NCBI GenBank assembly: GCA_012034805.1
Contig: JAAUOP010000003.1
Span: 6,455-70,454 of the forward strand
Origin: Synechococcales cyanobacterium CRU_2_2
GTDB taxonomy: Bacteria > Cyanobacteriota > Cyanobacteriia > PCC-9006 > JAAUQQ01
Reading direction: 5' to 3'
Length of the DNA: 64,000 nucleotides
The translations under genes were made by a program, and so were the position numbers. Under the pieces are notes generated by a model. That model had not been told where the DNA came from. It searched no databases and was given only the letters and a program-made list of their open reading frames with translations. Of this stretch, positions 1 to 9,706 are shown in pieces (within the stretch, counting starts at the first letter, position 1; every line of letters begins with the position of its first letter).

Positions 1-401
1 TCCTCGGACGAAGAGGCCGTTTTCGTAGGTGAGGGCGATCGCCGATCCATCAATCTTCAGCTCACACACGTACGCCGCATCCAGCACTTCCTCAATCTTG
101 CGCCAGCGCTCATCCCACTTGCGCAGTTCCGCCGCATCAAAGGCATTTTCCAGACTATAGAGGGGAATGTGATGCTGAACCGAGGTGAATTGACTGGCGG
201 GGCGATCGCCCACTCGCTGGGTCGGACTGTCGACATGATCCAGTCTGGATGTTGGGTTTCCAGATCTTGCAGTTCGCGGTAGAGGCGATCGTAAACGGAG
301 TCCTCCATGACTGGATTGTCGAGGACGTAGTAGGCATAGCTCGCCTGATTGAGCAGTTGGCAAAGTTCTGTGAGACGAGCTTGGACTGAGACCATCCTCA
401 T
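1..401 (-). pseudogene. ligA: NAD-dependent DNA ligase LigA, 5' part (gene continues beyond the window start); frame broken near 238-246
   Basis: ORF 57..401 begins [53 protein letters not shown] (LigA N-terminus), then turns to nonsense. My translation of the neighbouring frame (rc 240..1) gives [73 protein letters not shown] with the KxDG adenylation motif. One missing base restores a continuous LigA. Confidence 0.85.
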
Positions 402-632
402 TTTCTTCTTTTTGAGGCGACAAGCTTAGAGATATGCGAGTCTTTAACGTATAGGGATTATAACTCCATGGGCCTCTTGGGTTTCAGTTTTGGCAACTGA
501 AACTATTTTTTTGAACTAGCCCTCCATAATCATCTGTAAATCAGCATGACAAGGCTGTTTCCTTTAGAGGCAGGGAATTGACTGGCTCTAGCGGCTGGTG
601 GGTTTTCGTAGATTTTTCGGGAGCAATGGACT

Positions 633-1634
633 ATGGCTCGCTCAGCACGATTGAATTTCGCGGGTTTATTTTCCGGTGGATTGGCCTGTGGCGTTTTGTT
701 GGTGAGCTGTAGCGCTGCGCCCAGTCGTTCCATGGCTGAGGGCGGGGCAATGACTGCAACGGCACCGGCTCCAGCGCGAGAAAGCACCGAAGCTGATATG
801 GCCTTTGCGAACGGAGCGGTTGCTCAGAAAACGACAGGAACCGCCAGCGTCACGAAAAATTCTGCAACGGTTCCGGCTCCACCTGAACCCCCTCGGGCCA
901 CCCAAGGGAAGCCCCAATTGATCAAGACGGCTAATGTGTCGTTGGAAGTGGAGGATGCGATCGCCTCGGTCAAAACCATTCGCACCCTGGCTGAAAAGCA
1001 GCAGGGCGATGTGCTGAATCTCCAGGAAAACACCATTCCCGGCACCGCCACTCCCCGCAGCGCCCAGCTCGAATTGCGCGTGCCTGCGGCCCGACTGGAT
1101 TTTACGCTGGATGAACTGGCCAAGCTGGGTCAGGTGGAAAACCGGGCGATCGCCGCAGAAGATGTGTCGGGGCAACTGGTAGATGCGGAAGCGCGGCTGC
1201 GCAATCTGCGCAAGCAGGAGGAGATGACGCTGAAAATTATGGAGCGCTCTGGAGCGATTAAGGATGTTTTGGCCGTCAGTCAGGAATTGAGCAATGTGCG
1301 CCAGAGCATCGAGCAACTCGACGCCCAGTTGCAATCGCTCAAAACTCGTGTGGCCTATTCGACCATCAATCTGTCCATTCAAGAACCCTTGGCCGCTGCG
1401 GGAATTGAACCCAATCTCGGCAACGAAATTAAATCCGCCTGGGGCAATGCCACCCGCTCGGTGGGGGCCTTTAGCCGGGGGTTGATGGTGGTGGGGCTGT
1501 GGCTGTTGGCCTATAGTCCCTATCTGGGGCTGCTGGCGGCGGCGATTTACTTTGGGCGGCAGGCGTTGCGATCGTATCCCGCCCCCTCCAGTCCCCCCAG
1601 TTCTGCCCATGCACCTTCAGGGGGTGAACCGTAA
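633..1634 (+). CDS. DUF4349-like lipoprotein
   Basis: Signal peptide with lipobox (GVLLVSC). Central coiled-coil region (LRNLRKQEEMTLKIM, QLDAQLQSLKTRVAYSTINLSIQEP). C-terminal TM helix (LMVVGLWLLAYSPYLGLLAAAIYF). This architecture matches DUF4349 as I remember it; not searched. Confidence 0.55.
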   Translation: MARSARLNFAGLFSGGLACGVLLVSCSAAPSRSMAEGGAMTATAPAPARESTEADMAFANGAVAQKTTGTASVTKNSATVPAPPEPPRATQGKPQLIKTANVSLEVEDAIASVKTIRTLAEKQQGDVLNLQENTIPGTATPRSAQLELRVPAARLDFTLDELAKLGQVENRAIAAEDVSGQLVDAEARLRNLRKQEEMTLKIMERSGAIKDVLAVSQELSNVRQSIEQLDAQLQSLKTRVAYSTINLSIQEPLAAAGIEPNLGNEIKSAWGNATRSVGAFSRGLMVVGLWLLAYSPYLGLLAAAIYFGRQALRSYPAPSSPPSSAHAPSGGEP

Positions 1635-1663
1635 ATCATCTCCAAATCCAACCACGCTGCTGG

Positions 1664-2233
1664 CTACCACACGGGCTTGAGCGTCTCTTCATCCGTGATG
1701 GTCGGCTCGGTTTTGCCAGAATTCTGGCCTGGGTTATGGCCAGAATCTTCTGGCGAGGTGATTTCGATTTTGACGGTGTGCTTTGGAGCAGCGGTCAATT
1801 TGGGTAAGGTGATCGTCAAAATGCCCTGGCCATAGGAGGCTTTGACCTCTAGGTGCTGCACCGCTTGGGAGAGGCGAAAACTGCGATCGAACAGGCCATA
1901 GAAGAATTCGGAATGCATCGGTTTGGCAGTGGCTTCCGGGGCTTTGCGATCGCCCTTAATCCTCACCGAATCGCGGCTGGCCTCAATCTCAATTTGGCTG
2001 GGGTCAATGCCGGGAACTTGGAGTTTGATTTGATAGCGATCGCCCGATTCCCAGACTTCCGCCCGAGGTTGCCAGGTGGGTGCTGGCTGCTGTTCCGGGG
2101 CTGGGTTACCGTCGAATAACTCATCCATTTGACGGCGAAGTTGTTCGAGTTCGGGTGCAATTTGCCAAAGGAAGGTCGTCATAGCGGTTATGCCTTGAGT
2201 TGGGTTGATGTTTTGGGTTGATGCATCCATCAT
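1664..2233 (-). CDS. Hsp20/alpha-crystallin family small heat-shock protein
   Basis: Alpha-crystallin domain PRAEVWESGDRYQIKLQVPGIDPSQIEIEASRDSVRIKGDRK...YGQGILTITLPK. The true start may be the internal ATG at 2182 (MTTFLWQ...). Confidence 0.85.
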   Translation of the reverse strand: MMDASTQNINPTQGITAMTTFLWQIAPELEQLRRQMDELFDGNPAPEQQPAPTWQPRAEVWESGDRYQIKLQVPGIDPSQIEIEASRDSVRIKGDRKAPEATAKPMHSEFFYGLFDRSFRLSQAVQHLEVKASYGQGILTITLPKLTAAPKHTVKIEITSPEDSGHNPGQNSGKTEPTITDEETLKPVW

Positions 2234-2305
2234 GCGATCGCCCTTCCCAAACCAACAGTGTGATAAACCGAGCCTCGCAGTCGCGCTGACCGAACTGCTG
2301 CGGGG

Positions 2306-3430
2306 CTAGAACCGATCCCAGCGAAAGTCTGGCAAAAGAGCATCGGCGTTTTGCTCCAAAATCCAATCCGTCACCCACTGAGCCGTAATCGGCGCGAGCA
2401 AGATGCCGTTGCGATGGTGGCCAGTGGCCAGGGTCAGATTTTCGAGGGAGCTCGGCCCCAGAATCGGCAGTTCATCCGGGGTGGTGGGCCGGTACCCCCA
2501 CCAGGTTTCGACCAGGGGAAAATCTTGTAACTGGGGATAGAGCCGTATGGCCTCACCGAGGAGTTGGTGGAGACCGGTGGGTGTATTGCCCGCTGTAAAT
2601 TCAACATTTTCCAATGTTGCTCCGACGACGATCAAGCCATCTTGGCGCGGCACAATGTAGATGTGATCGCCATACAACACTTGCCGCAACGGCTGAATTG
2701 AGCTGGAATCCTGGGCCTGTAGATCGCGCGCTTGAAGATTGTGCACTTGTACAGACAACATTTGTCCCTTGCGAGGCGACACGGGCAAGTCCCAAAGCTG
2801 CCTCGACCAAGCCCCAGCAGCTAAGACGTAGTGCGCCGCTGTAAATCGTCCTTGGTCTGTGGCGATCGCCCGCACCTGTCTCCCCTGCCCGACCTCAATT
2901 TCCGTCACCGTCACCCCTTCGTGCCAAACGACGCCGACTTGCCTAAGAGCCTCCGTCAGGGCCGCGACTAGCCGCCGATTGTCCACCTGGGCATCCTTGG
3001 GAAACCACCAGCCCCCGATGACTTCTGGGCTCAAGCCGGGCTGTTGTTGCCGGACGGCTGAGCGATCGAGCCACTGCGTAGGAGTCTGCTCAGAATCCGC
3101 AGGGGCGGTGGTCAATGCTGGGGTGTGGTTGTGAACCTCGGAGGCAAAGACTGGATTCAAAATGCCGCTGGCCCAATAGCCCGTCTCAAGGCCACTGAGC
3201 GCTTCTAGTTTCGCCGTCCAGTCTGGATAGAGATCGCGGCTGCGCAGGCAGAGTTGTGCCATCGACCCCTGGAGTTTTTCGGCTTGGGGAGCCAACATTC
3301 CGGCGGCAGCGTAGGCCGCTGCTGCGCTGCGATCGCGGCTCAAAATACTCACGCTCGCACCCCGTAGCCGCAACTCTAGGGCGATCGCCATCGCCATCAG
3401 ACCACCACCGAGCACCAGGACATCTGGCAA
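2306..3430 (-). CDS. thiO: glycine oxidase ThiO (FAD-dependent)
   Basis: DVLVLGGGLMAMAIALELRLRGASVSILSRD (Rossmann), AAAGMLAPQAE and the C-terminal ATGHHRNGILLAPITAQ match the ThiO pattern. No ATG lies just before the Rossmann motif, so the in-frame TTG at 3430 is proposed as the start. The track start at 3628 would add an implausible 66-aa leader. Confidence 0.75.
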   Translation of the reverse strand: MPDVLVLGGGLMAMAIALELRLRGASVSILSRDRSAAAAYAAAGMLAPQAEKLQGSMAQLCLRSRDLYPDWTAKLEALSGLETGYWASGILNPVFASEVHNHTPALTTAPADSEQTPTQWLDRSAVRQQQPGLSPEVIGGWWFPKDAQVDNRRLVAALTEALRQVGVVWHEGVTVTEIEVGQGRQVRAIATDQGRFTAAHYVLAAGAWSRQLWDLPVSPRKGQMLSVQVHNLQARDLQAQDSSSIQPLRQVLYGDHIYIVPRQDGLIVVGATLENVEFTAGNTPTGLHQLLGEAIRLYPQLQDFPLVETWWGYRPTTPDELPILGPSSLENLTLATGHHRNGILLAPITAQWVTDWILEQNADALLPDFRWDRF

Positions 3431-3966
3431 TGCTTCGGGGAGGGCAAAAAACGCTTGGGTTCGACGCGATCTGTCACAAGATTTATTTCCTGAAAGTTTA
3501 GCTAGGATCCTGAAATTTTTGCCCGCAATCTGCCCGCGAAGGGTTTGCTTGAATTTTAGCGATCGCACTGACCTTTTGGCGATCCCCGGCTCCCAAGCTC
3601 TGCCCAAACTTTGGCAAGCCCCTGGCAAATCCCTGACAAATCCTGACCAGCCCCCTTCGACTCATCCGCTTTACAGAGATCGCGACTAATTTGAAGAGTC
3701 AATGAAAGTCTTCCGTATTTCTGATGTCAAATTTTGTTAAAAGTTATGCTCTTAGCTAGAGCTACGCGGTTCTGTCTTTTGTCGATTTAGCCCTGGTTCA
3801 CGCCCCGGCCTGATCGGAATTTTGTGTGTTTTAGTTCAAGTTTCTATGTTGTCTTTGCTTGGCTTTAGCAACTGAAAAAGGACTTTAGAAGAGAACTTTA
3901 GAAGGGCTTTTGACTGCGTTGACACTCGATTGAGTCATGTTTCTCTTCCACTGATTTCCTATTTTA

Positions 3967-5013
3967 ATGTCTAAACTTTTGCATCCCCAGGCCTCTGAGT
4001 ATCGGGTGTTTAGCTCAAGCTCTGGTCAATTGGAAACGGGCGATCGCCAGAGTATCTCTCGGCACCTGCCCGGTCATGGAGGTAAAAGCCGTGTGCTTTC
4101 AGCGCTGAACCGGCTTGAGTCCCACCGCTGGCGTCGTTGGCTCTATCGCTTGCAGGCTAAATTACGCGGGATCCCCACTCCGCTCTCTTGTGCTCGATTG
4201 CCTGGGGTAGATCAACAGATTGTGCGATCGCTGCGCCAGCAGGGTGGTTTTCAAACCAGCCTGAAGGCCCTAGATTTGCCGATGAACCCCCAGTTTTTGC
4301 AAGCTGCCCATCGGCTTGCAGCTCGATTGCCCAATCCCCAAGAGGCTAAGGCGTCTTCAGCGACCGATCATCTGGGCCATTGCATCCACGGAGATGCTGC
4401 ACAAATTGTTCGGGACTATCCAGAGGTGCTGCTTTGGGGACTCGAAGAACGCCTGCTGGATCTGGTCGAAGCCTATGTGCAGTTGCCGGTGTCCTATCTG
4501 GGTGTCAATCTGCGCAAAGATATTCCCAATGGCCAGCAGGTGGGTACACGGCTTTGGCACTTGGACGGTGAAGATACCTGTGTCGTTAAAATTCTGGTCT
4601 ACCTCAGCGACGTGGAGCAGGAGCATGGCCCGTTTGAATATGTGCCGAAGTCGCAGTTTAACTCGGCCTATCGTTATCTGAGTCCAAAATATTGGCGACA
4701 TCAGACGCTGTATTGTCACGATGAGAACATGGAAAAGATTGTCGGGCGTGATCGCTGGCACTCAGCAACCGGAGCGGCGGGCAGTGTAATTTTTGCTGAT
4801 ACAACTCAAATTTTTCACCATGGCGCAGTGCCGACTCAGGAAAGGGTCGCTCTGATTTTTGCTTACGCAACTCGAATGCCCAAAAAATTAGATTTTTGCA
4901 AGCAGTTTTTCCCAGCGGAGTCGTTGCTGCCCAGTCTGCGGCCTCGACTGTCTGCGAGGCAGTGGGACTGTGTTTGGGGCTGGCGTCGGATGGCTGAATT
5001 AACAGACAGCTGA
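3967..5013 (+). CDS. hypothetical protein, PhyH-like Fe(II)/2-oxoglutarate oxygenase fold suspected
   Basis: Possible HxD...H facial triad: TRLWHLDGED ... GSVIFADTTQIFHHGAVPTQERVALIF, in a layout typical of phytanoyl-CoA-dioxygenase-like proteins. Assignment rests on motifs only. Confidence 0.4.
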   Translation: MSKLLHPQASEYRVFSSSSGQLETGDRQSISRHLPGHGGKSRVLSALNRLESHRWRRWLYRLQAKLRGIPTPLSCARLPGVDQQIVRSLRQQGGFQTSLKALDLPMNPQFLQAAHRLAARLPNPQEAKASSATDHLGHCIHGDAAQIVRDYPEVLLWGLEERLLDLVEAYVQLPVSYLGVNLRKDIPNGQQVGTRLWHLDGEDTCVVKILVYLSDVEQEHGPFEYVPKSQFNSAYRYLSPKYWRHQTLYCHDENMEKIVGRDRWHSATGAAGSVIFADTTQIFHHGAVPTQERVALIFAYATRMPKKLDFCKQFFPAESLLPSLRPRLSARQWDCVWGWRRMAELTDS

Positions 5014-5206
5014 GTTCGCCGAGGGCTGAGTTGGCATAGAATGAGTATTGGCACTTAGAAATGAACAAAGGCCCGCTACCCCTAGGAGTTTGCGGACCTC
5101 GATCGAAGCGGCTTGACGCTCAAATTTTTGTACCCAAATTTTCGTGCTCAAGTTTTCATGCCCAACTCGGAGCCCCCGGAGGCCATCCTAGACTGAGACT
5201 GAGCGA

Positions 5207-5380
5207 CTAATTGCGACGGCGGCGCTTGGCCTGAGCCTTGCGCTTTTGCTTTTCCATTGGAGTTTCAAAGTGGCGAAGACGCTTGAGGTCTGCAAAAATA
5301 CCGGCTTTGGAAACCTGACGCTTAAAGCGCCGCAGTGCGGACTCAATTCCTTCATTTTCGCCGACGGTCACCTGTGCCAT
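5207..5380 (-). CDS. rpsU: 30S ribosomal protein S21
   Basis: My translation of rc 5380..5207 is [57 protein letters not shown] (57 aa). It is below the size cut-off of the supplied ORF track. Confidence 0.9.
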   Translation of the reverse strand: MAQVTVGENEGIESALRRFKRQVSKAGIFADLKRLRHFETPMEKQKRKAQAKRRRRN

Positions 5381-5531
5381 AGATTAAACGAGCTCCTTAT
5401 AGCTTTCACGCATTTGCCAGTCTAGCAAAATCCAGCATATCTGGGTACAGCTAGGGAGAAATTGATAAATTGGACAAATTCAGGACAAACTTTCCAGAGC
5501 TCAAGCAAGCAGCATGCTTCCGGATGAAGAT

Positions 5532-5611
5532 GGCTTTGGAAAAATACGGCTTTGGATAAATACGGCTTTGGGAAAACACGGCTTTGGATGAATACAGCTC
5601 TGGATTAGATT
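5532..5611. repeat. 16-bp tandem repeat x5 (GGCTTTGGAWAAATAC)
   Basis: Units GGCTTTGGAAAAATAC / GGCTTTGGATAAATAC / GGCTTTGGGAAAACAC / GGCTTTGGATGAATAC / AGCTCTGGATTAGATT read directly. The array lies between the rpsU start and the stop of the 5605..6048 gene. Confidence 0.9.
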
Positions 5612-6048
5612 GCCTTGCTGACCCTGCGGCGTTGTTCTGCCAGGTAAAACCCACCGAAGTCCAGCCCATCAACAACGGCTGCCTGGTACTGAGGTTTTCC
5701 CTGGACAATCAGCACCTGCCCCAACTCGACTTGGGTATCGTTGCTTTGAACCCAAATGCTGCCCGTGCGGTCTTCGATTTGGTAGACCACGCCATCGAGT
5801 AGGGGCGATCGCCCGATCACCTGCCCTCTTAGCTTGACCGATGTGCTCAGTCGCCCCTGGGCACCCTTCTCCAGCAACCGTTCCACAGTGGTGTTGCGAC
5901 CTCCGAGGGAGCCCAGAGCAAAGCCGATCCCCAGGTCCTGATGGGCATCCAAGAGGGCAAGACTGAGCCAGAGCAGCAATCCGCCGCCCACAAGACCAGC
6001 CAGGACTCGGGGGCGCGATCGCATCGAAGCAAAAAAACGTGAGTGCAT
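5605..6048 (-). CDS. hypothetical membrane-anchored protein (possible OB-fold domain)
   Basis: N-terminal TM helix (VLAGLVGGGLLLWLSLALL) followed by a beta-rich region (KLRGQVIGRSPLLDGVVYQIEDRTGSIWVQSNDTQVELGQVLIVQGKP). No family recognised with certainty. Confidence 0.35.
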   Translation of the reverse strand: MHSRFFASMRSRPRVLAGLVGGGLLLWLSLALLDAHQDLGIGFALGSLGGRNTTVERLLEKGAQGRLSTSVKLRGQVIGRSPLLDGVVYQIEDRTGSIWVQSNDTQVELGQVLIVQGKPQYQAAVVDGLDFGGFYLAEQRRRVSKAI

Positions 6049-6196
6049 TGCAAGCTATGGTCGAAAAAATACTAGCTCAGCCCAAAGAATCGCTCAGCCG
6101 GAAGAATACCCCAGCCGACGGCGCAAAACCTGCTCCCATGACCGTCATCCACGGGTGGAATGTGCGACCATCGTGCCAGCAAATCATTTCCCTAAA

Positions 6197-7613
6197 ATGT
6201 CTGTCAACCGCACTCCCGTCCTGACCCAAGCCCGCGATCGCCTCCAACGGGCGATCGCCCAACACCGCCAAGCCACCAGCAGACCCGATTCGCCGACCAA
6301 CCAAAGCCTCAGCAACGCCATTGCGCCGGAGGTTGAGCGCCTGGGTGCACTGCTGCAAAAGCTGGATCAAGGCCTTGTGCGTATTGCGGTGTTTGGCTTG
6401 GTCAGCCGGGGAAAATCGGCCTTGCTCAATGCGCTGGTGGGCGAAAAAATTCTGGAAACGGGGCCGATTAATGGTGTGACCCTAGAACCTCAAACAGTGG
6501 CTTGGCCTAGCTCCGCTCAATCTGGCCCAGCTCAATCTGGCCGATCTGAATCAAGCGACCCGCTCCAGGTGGAGCTGATCGACACCCCAGGGCTAGACGA
6601 GATTGGTGGCCAAGCCCGCGCTGACATGGCACAAAGCGTGGCGGAGCAGGCGGATTTGATTTTGTTTGTGCTAGCGGGCGACATGACCCGCAAGGAATTG
6701 CAGGCAATTCGGCGGCTGTGGCGGTTCCAAAAGCCGCTGCTGCTGGTGTTCAACAAAACGGATCTGTACCCGGCTCCTGATCGCCGATCCATTGTCAAAA
6801 ATCTCCAGCAGTATTTGGCTGAAGACGGCACCGATCGCACCGACTCCGTCCAGTTACGCAATATCTTGCAGGTGGCCGCCGATCCTGCTCCGCTCAAGGT
6901 TCAAACCGAATGGCCCGACGGTCGCATCACCCAAACCTGGGAATTGCCGCCGCCCCAAATTGCAGAACTGCGCGATCGCTCCACAGCCTCCTCGCGGAAG
7001 AAGGCCCCGCCCTGCTGGCGCTCAATGCCCTTGTGCAAAGCCGTGAAATTGAACAGGCGATCGCCCGCAAAACCGTTGACCTGCGACGGGAAGAAGCCGA
7101 GGCGCTGATCTGGAAATTTGCCCGTGCGAAGGGAATTGCGATCGCCGCCAACCCCGTCGCGCTGCTCGACCTGCTGGGTGGAGCGGTGACGGATTTGGCC
7201 TTGATCCGCGCCCTGGCCAATCTCTATGGCCTGCCCATGACCAGTTACGAAGCCGGAGCGCTATGGCGCAAAATTATTTTGAGCAGCGGCGCTCTGTTGT
7301 TGACCGAACTGGGCAGCGGTTTGCTGCTCGGCTTGGGTAAGGGCGCCGCTGCCCTCAGCAGCCTGGAGAACCCGCGGGGCTCTTGGCCTATGGCACCACG
7401 GCGATCGCCCAGGGCAGCCTCGGGGGCTACGGCTCCTATGTCGTCGGACGGGCTGCCCAGGTCTATCTAGAGCAAGGTTGTACCTGGGGCGAAACCGGTG
7501 CCAGCACGCTGATTCGCGGCATCCTGGCCCAGGTCGATAAAACCAGTATTCTCTACCGTCTGCACAGCGAGCTCGGCCAAACCCTCGGTCAGACCCTAGG
7601 ACAAATGCCCTAG
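6197..7613 (+). pseudogene. GTP-binding protein with C-terminal DUF697-like membrane domain; two frame breaks (~6979, ~7374)
   Basis: P-loop FGLVSRGKSALLNALVG, DTPGLDE and NKTDL motifs lie in ORF 6155..7108. The protein continues in ORF 6910..7470 (LHSLLAEEGPALLALNALVQSREIEQAIA...AANPVALLDLLGGAVTDLALIRALANLYGLP) and then in ORF 7383..7613 (LLAYGTTAIAQGSLGGYGSYVVGRAAQVYLEQG). Adding one base at each junction gives 473 codons. Confidence 0.75.
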
Positions 7614-8737
7614 AGTTGTGGATTTGATCCCCCCTTTTGCACCCACTCCCACAACATCTCCACCGATTCCAATCGCACCCACTCCTCACCCGCCGCCATC
7701 ACTTGCCGACTCATCCTTTCAATCTGCTCCAGTGACAAATCCGCCAGAGCCGACTCAAACTCATCACCCAAACCCTCAAAACGCTCGGTGAACTGTTTGA
7801 TTAGAAGCGATCGCTTCACCGTCAGCAACCAAGCCTCCAGATCCTCCACTGTCTCCAAATCGAAAAGATCAACCGCTAAAGCCTCTAACTGTTCCAAGCT
7901 GAGCGCATCAATCGAAGCAGTCAACGACTCTGACAAAACTCCCAGCTTTCGGGCAAGCAGACGCTTCAGAACCTGTCGCTCGCCAACTTGGAGTCCCTGT
8001 TGGAGTCCCTGTTGGAGTCCCTGTTGGAGTCCCCGAGCTTCGGTAGCCTGTTCCCATTCCAGAAATGCTTGCGACAAAACCATAATCGTTCCCCGTGCCT
8101 CTGAGTCCTCAAGTTCTCCTAGGTCAATTCTAACTTTCCAGCTCGCCAGCAGCCTCAAAATGTTGCGACGCCGAGGATGATCTGACGGCAGGGCAACCAC
8201 CGTCCGAATGGCCCGCTCCTGGGTGGCTCCTTTGCCCAAAATCCTCAGCCAGAGCGTTTCGTCGGTCTCGGGAAGCTGGTCGATCGCGACGATCGCCGCC
8301 TTAAACAGTGCAGGTAACCGATAAACTCCCTCTGGCCAATTTGCATGAGCCACCGCACCTGCATCTTCCAGCACAGGCCGAGTCGTCGTCGCTGCCAAAA
8401 TCCAGAGCTGCGGCAAATTTTCCTCTCGCAGGCGCTGCCCTGTCTGCTTTGCCCTGCGGCGCTCCTCCTCTTGCAACCACAACAGTTTCAGGATGCAGGT
8501 TCTCACTTCGTTGCGCGTCGGTGCATTGCGAAAGGGCTCCAGCGAGCACATTCGCTGAGTCATTCGCCCCAACAGGCCCAAATCCGTAGGTGGTGTCGTT
8601 TCCGGATTGGGCGAAAAGAAAACATCGACGAACTTCGCCTCACCCGGAATCTCCAGATTACGAACCACCTGACCTGCTGAGGTCAGAAACTCTTCCAGAT
8701 ATTGTTTGGCAAGTTGGTCGAAGGGGTTTTGGGCCAT
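7610..8737 (-). CDS. DUF4351 domain protein (Rpn/YhgA-like putative nuclease/transposase family)
   Basis: The C-terminal RQVLKRLLARKLGVLSESLTASIDALSLEQLEALAVDLFDLETVEDLEAWL matches the DUF4351 consensus as I remember it, and a second degenerate copy follows. The N-terminus MAQNPFDQLAKQYLEEFL...GEAKFVDVFF is typical of this cyanobacterial family. An internal (GLQQ)4 comes from a 12-bp repeat at ~7986-8033. An alternative in-frame start at 8785 lies inside the repeat array. Confidence 0.55.
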   Translation of the reverse strand: MAQNPFDQLAKQYLEEFLTSAGQVVRNLEIPGEAKFVDVFFSPNPETTPPTDLGLLGRMTQRMCSLEPFRNAPTRNEVRTCILKLLWLQEEERRRAKQTGQRLREENLPQLWILAATTTRPVLEDAGAVAHANWPEGVYRLPALFKAAIVAIDQLPETDETLWLRILGKGATQERAIRTVVALPSDHPRRRNILRLLASWKVRIDLGELEDSEARGTIMVLSQAFLEWEQATEARGLQQGLQQGLQQGLQVGERQVLKRLLARKLGVLSESLTASIDALSLEQLEALAVDLFDLETVEDLEAWLLTVKRSLLIKQFTERFEGLGDEFESALADLSLEQIERMSRQVMAAGEEWVRLESVEMLWEWVQKGGSNPQL

Positions 8738-8792
8738 CTCGTCTTTGAGCCATCTCGTCTTTGAGCCATCTCGTCTTTGAGCCATCGTTGAG
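8734..8792. repeat. 16-bp tandem repeat x3 plus a partial unit, duplicating the start-codon region of the DUF4351 gene
   Basis: The minus strand reads ATGGCTCAAAGACGAG x3 followed by ATGGCCCAAAACCCC (the gene start). ATGs lie at 8737, 8753, 8769 and 8785. 3 x 16 = 48 bp keeps the 8785 ATG in frame. Confidence 0.9.
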
Positions 8793-8875
8793 CATGGATG
8801 GACGACAACTGGAGCGAAAATATCCAACGGAAAAGTAGTTGCATTGTATCAGCTGATTGCGGAGATTCTTTTGCC

Positions 8876-9610
8876 CTAGCGCCGCCGCCGCCCGACCCGC
8901 GCCCAGCGGGTCACGCGCCACAGATAGACAAAGCAAGCGCCGCCAATTGCTGCGCCAAGGTTCCATTTGACCGAATTTTCGAGCAGCGATCGCAAGCGAT
9001 TTTTCTTTTCCGCCTCCAGCTGTATCTGACTGCGCCCCTTCGCCGCCTGGATTTCGCCCAGGGCCTGCTTGCGCACATCTTCTGGGGTCAGCTTGCCCGG
9101 ATCCACGCCTTGGTCTTGTAAGAATTTGTTGATTTCGCTCGGCTCAGTCTTGCTCAGGCGCTCTTCCACTTGCTTCACCTGGGCCAACTGTTGTTCATAG
9201 CTGTTGGCGAGTTGGCGATCGCTTTGCTCTAACAACCGGCTGGTATCAATGACTCCCAGAGGCACCAGGGCAAAAAACAGCAGGCCCAGGGCAAAACTCA
9301 GCCACGACAGCCCCTTCAGCGTGGGGGACTCCCAACGACTGCGCTGCTGAAATTCGCCATAGAACACCATCGCCAAGCCAATCAGCGGTACCGGTACCCG
9401 TTCCACGAGGGCTCCAATGGTTTGAAATTCCCAGGCGGGATCCATCAGCTGGGGCGGAAACACGATCACGATCCAATCCAGCAGCGACAGCAACAGCAAA
9501 CCATAGCCAACGCAGCGCAACGCCCGAGCACTGCGGCCCGAGAGATCGCCGCCTGGCTCAGCAAAGGGATTTTTGCTTTTTTCGGAAGATTTAATGGGAA
9601 CGAGCGTCAT
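8876..9610 (-). CDS. conserved cyanobacterial membrane protein, HpsJ-like
   Basis: TM segments (LRCVGYGLLLLSLLDWIVIVFPPQLMDPAWEFQTIGALVERVPVPLIGLAMVFYG) followed by a coiled-coil and a C-terminal TM. This resembles the HpsJ family from memory; not verified. Confidence 0.45.
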   Translation of the reverse strand: MTLVPIKSSEKSKNPFAEPGGDLSGRSARALRCVGYGLLLLSLLDWIVIVFPPQLMDPAWEFQTIGALVERVPVPLIGLAMVFYGEFQQRSRWESPTLKGLSWLSFALGLLFFALVPLGVIDTSRLLEQSDRQLANSYEQQLAQVKQVEERLSKTEPSEINKFLQDQGVDPGKLTPEDVRKQALGEIQAAKGRSQIQLEAEKKNRLRSLLENSVKWNLGAAIGGACFVYLWRVTRWARVGRRRR

Positions 9611-9706
9611 AAGAATTTTTCTAGAGGTGATGGAACTGGATGGCCTGGGATTGGATGGCCTGGAACGGTCTGGACTGAAACTTGAACATCCGGAACGGCT
9701 TTGGGC

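Noticed and set aside
666-1610. Long antisense ORFs opposite clearly identified genes: 666..1610(-), 14507..15106(+), 17488..18114(-), 26400..27179(+), 51716..52630(-), 57726..58370(+), 58679..59509(-) and 60553..61389(-).
   Set aside because: Each lies fully inside a gene with strong family motifs on the other strand. Their translations are Arg/Gly/Pro/His-rich and low in complexity, with no recognisable motif. This is typical of GC-rich, HIP1-rich DNA.
3431-3700. A TPP (THI-box) riboswitch expected upstream of thiO.
   Set aside because: I could not find the CUGAGA / ACCUGAUCUGGAUAAUGCCAGCG-type core on the relevant strand. This is absence by eye only, and an Infernal scan would be decisive.
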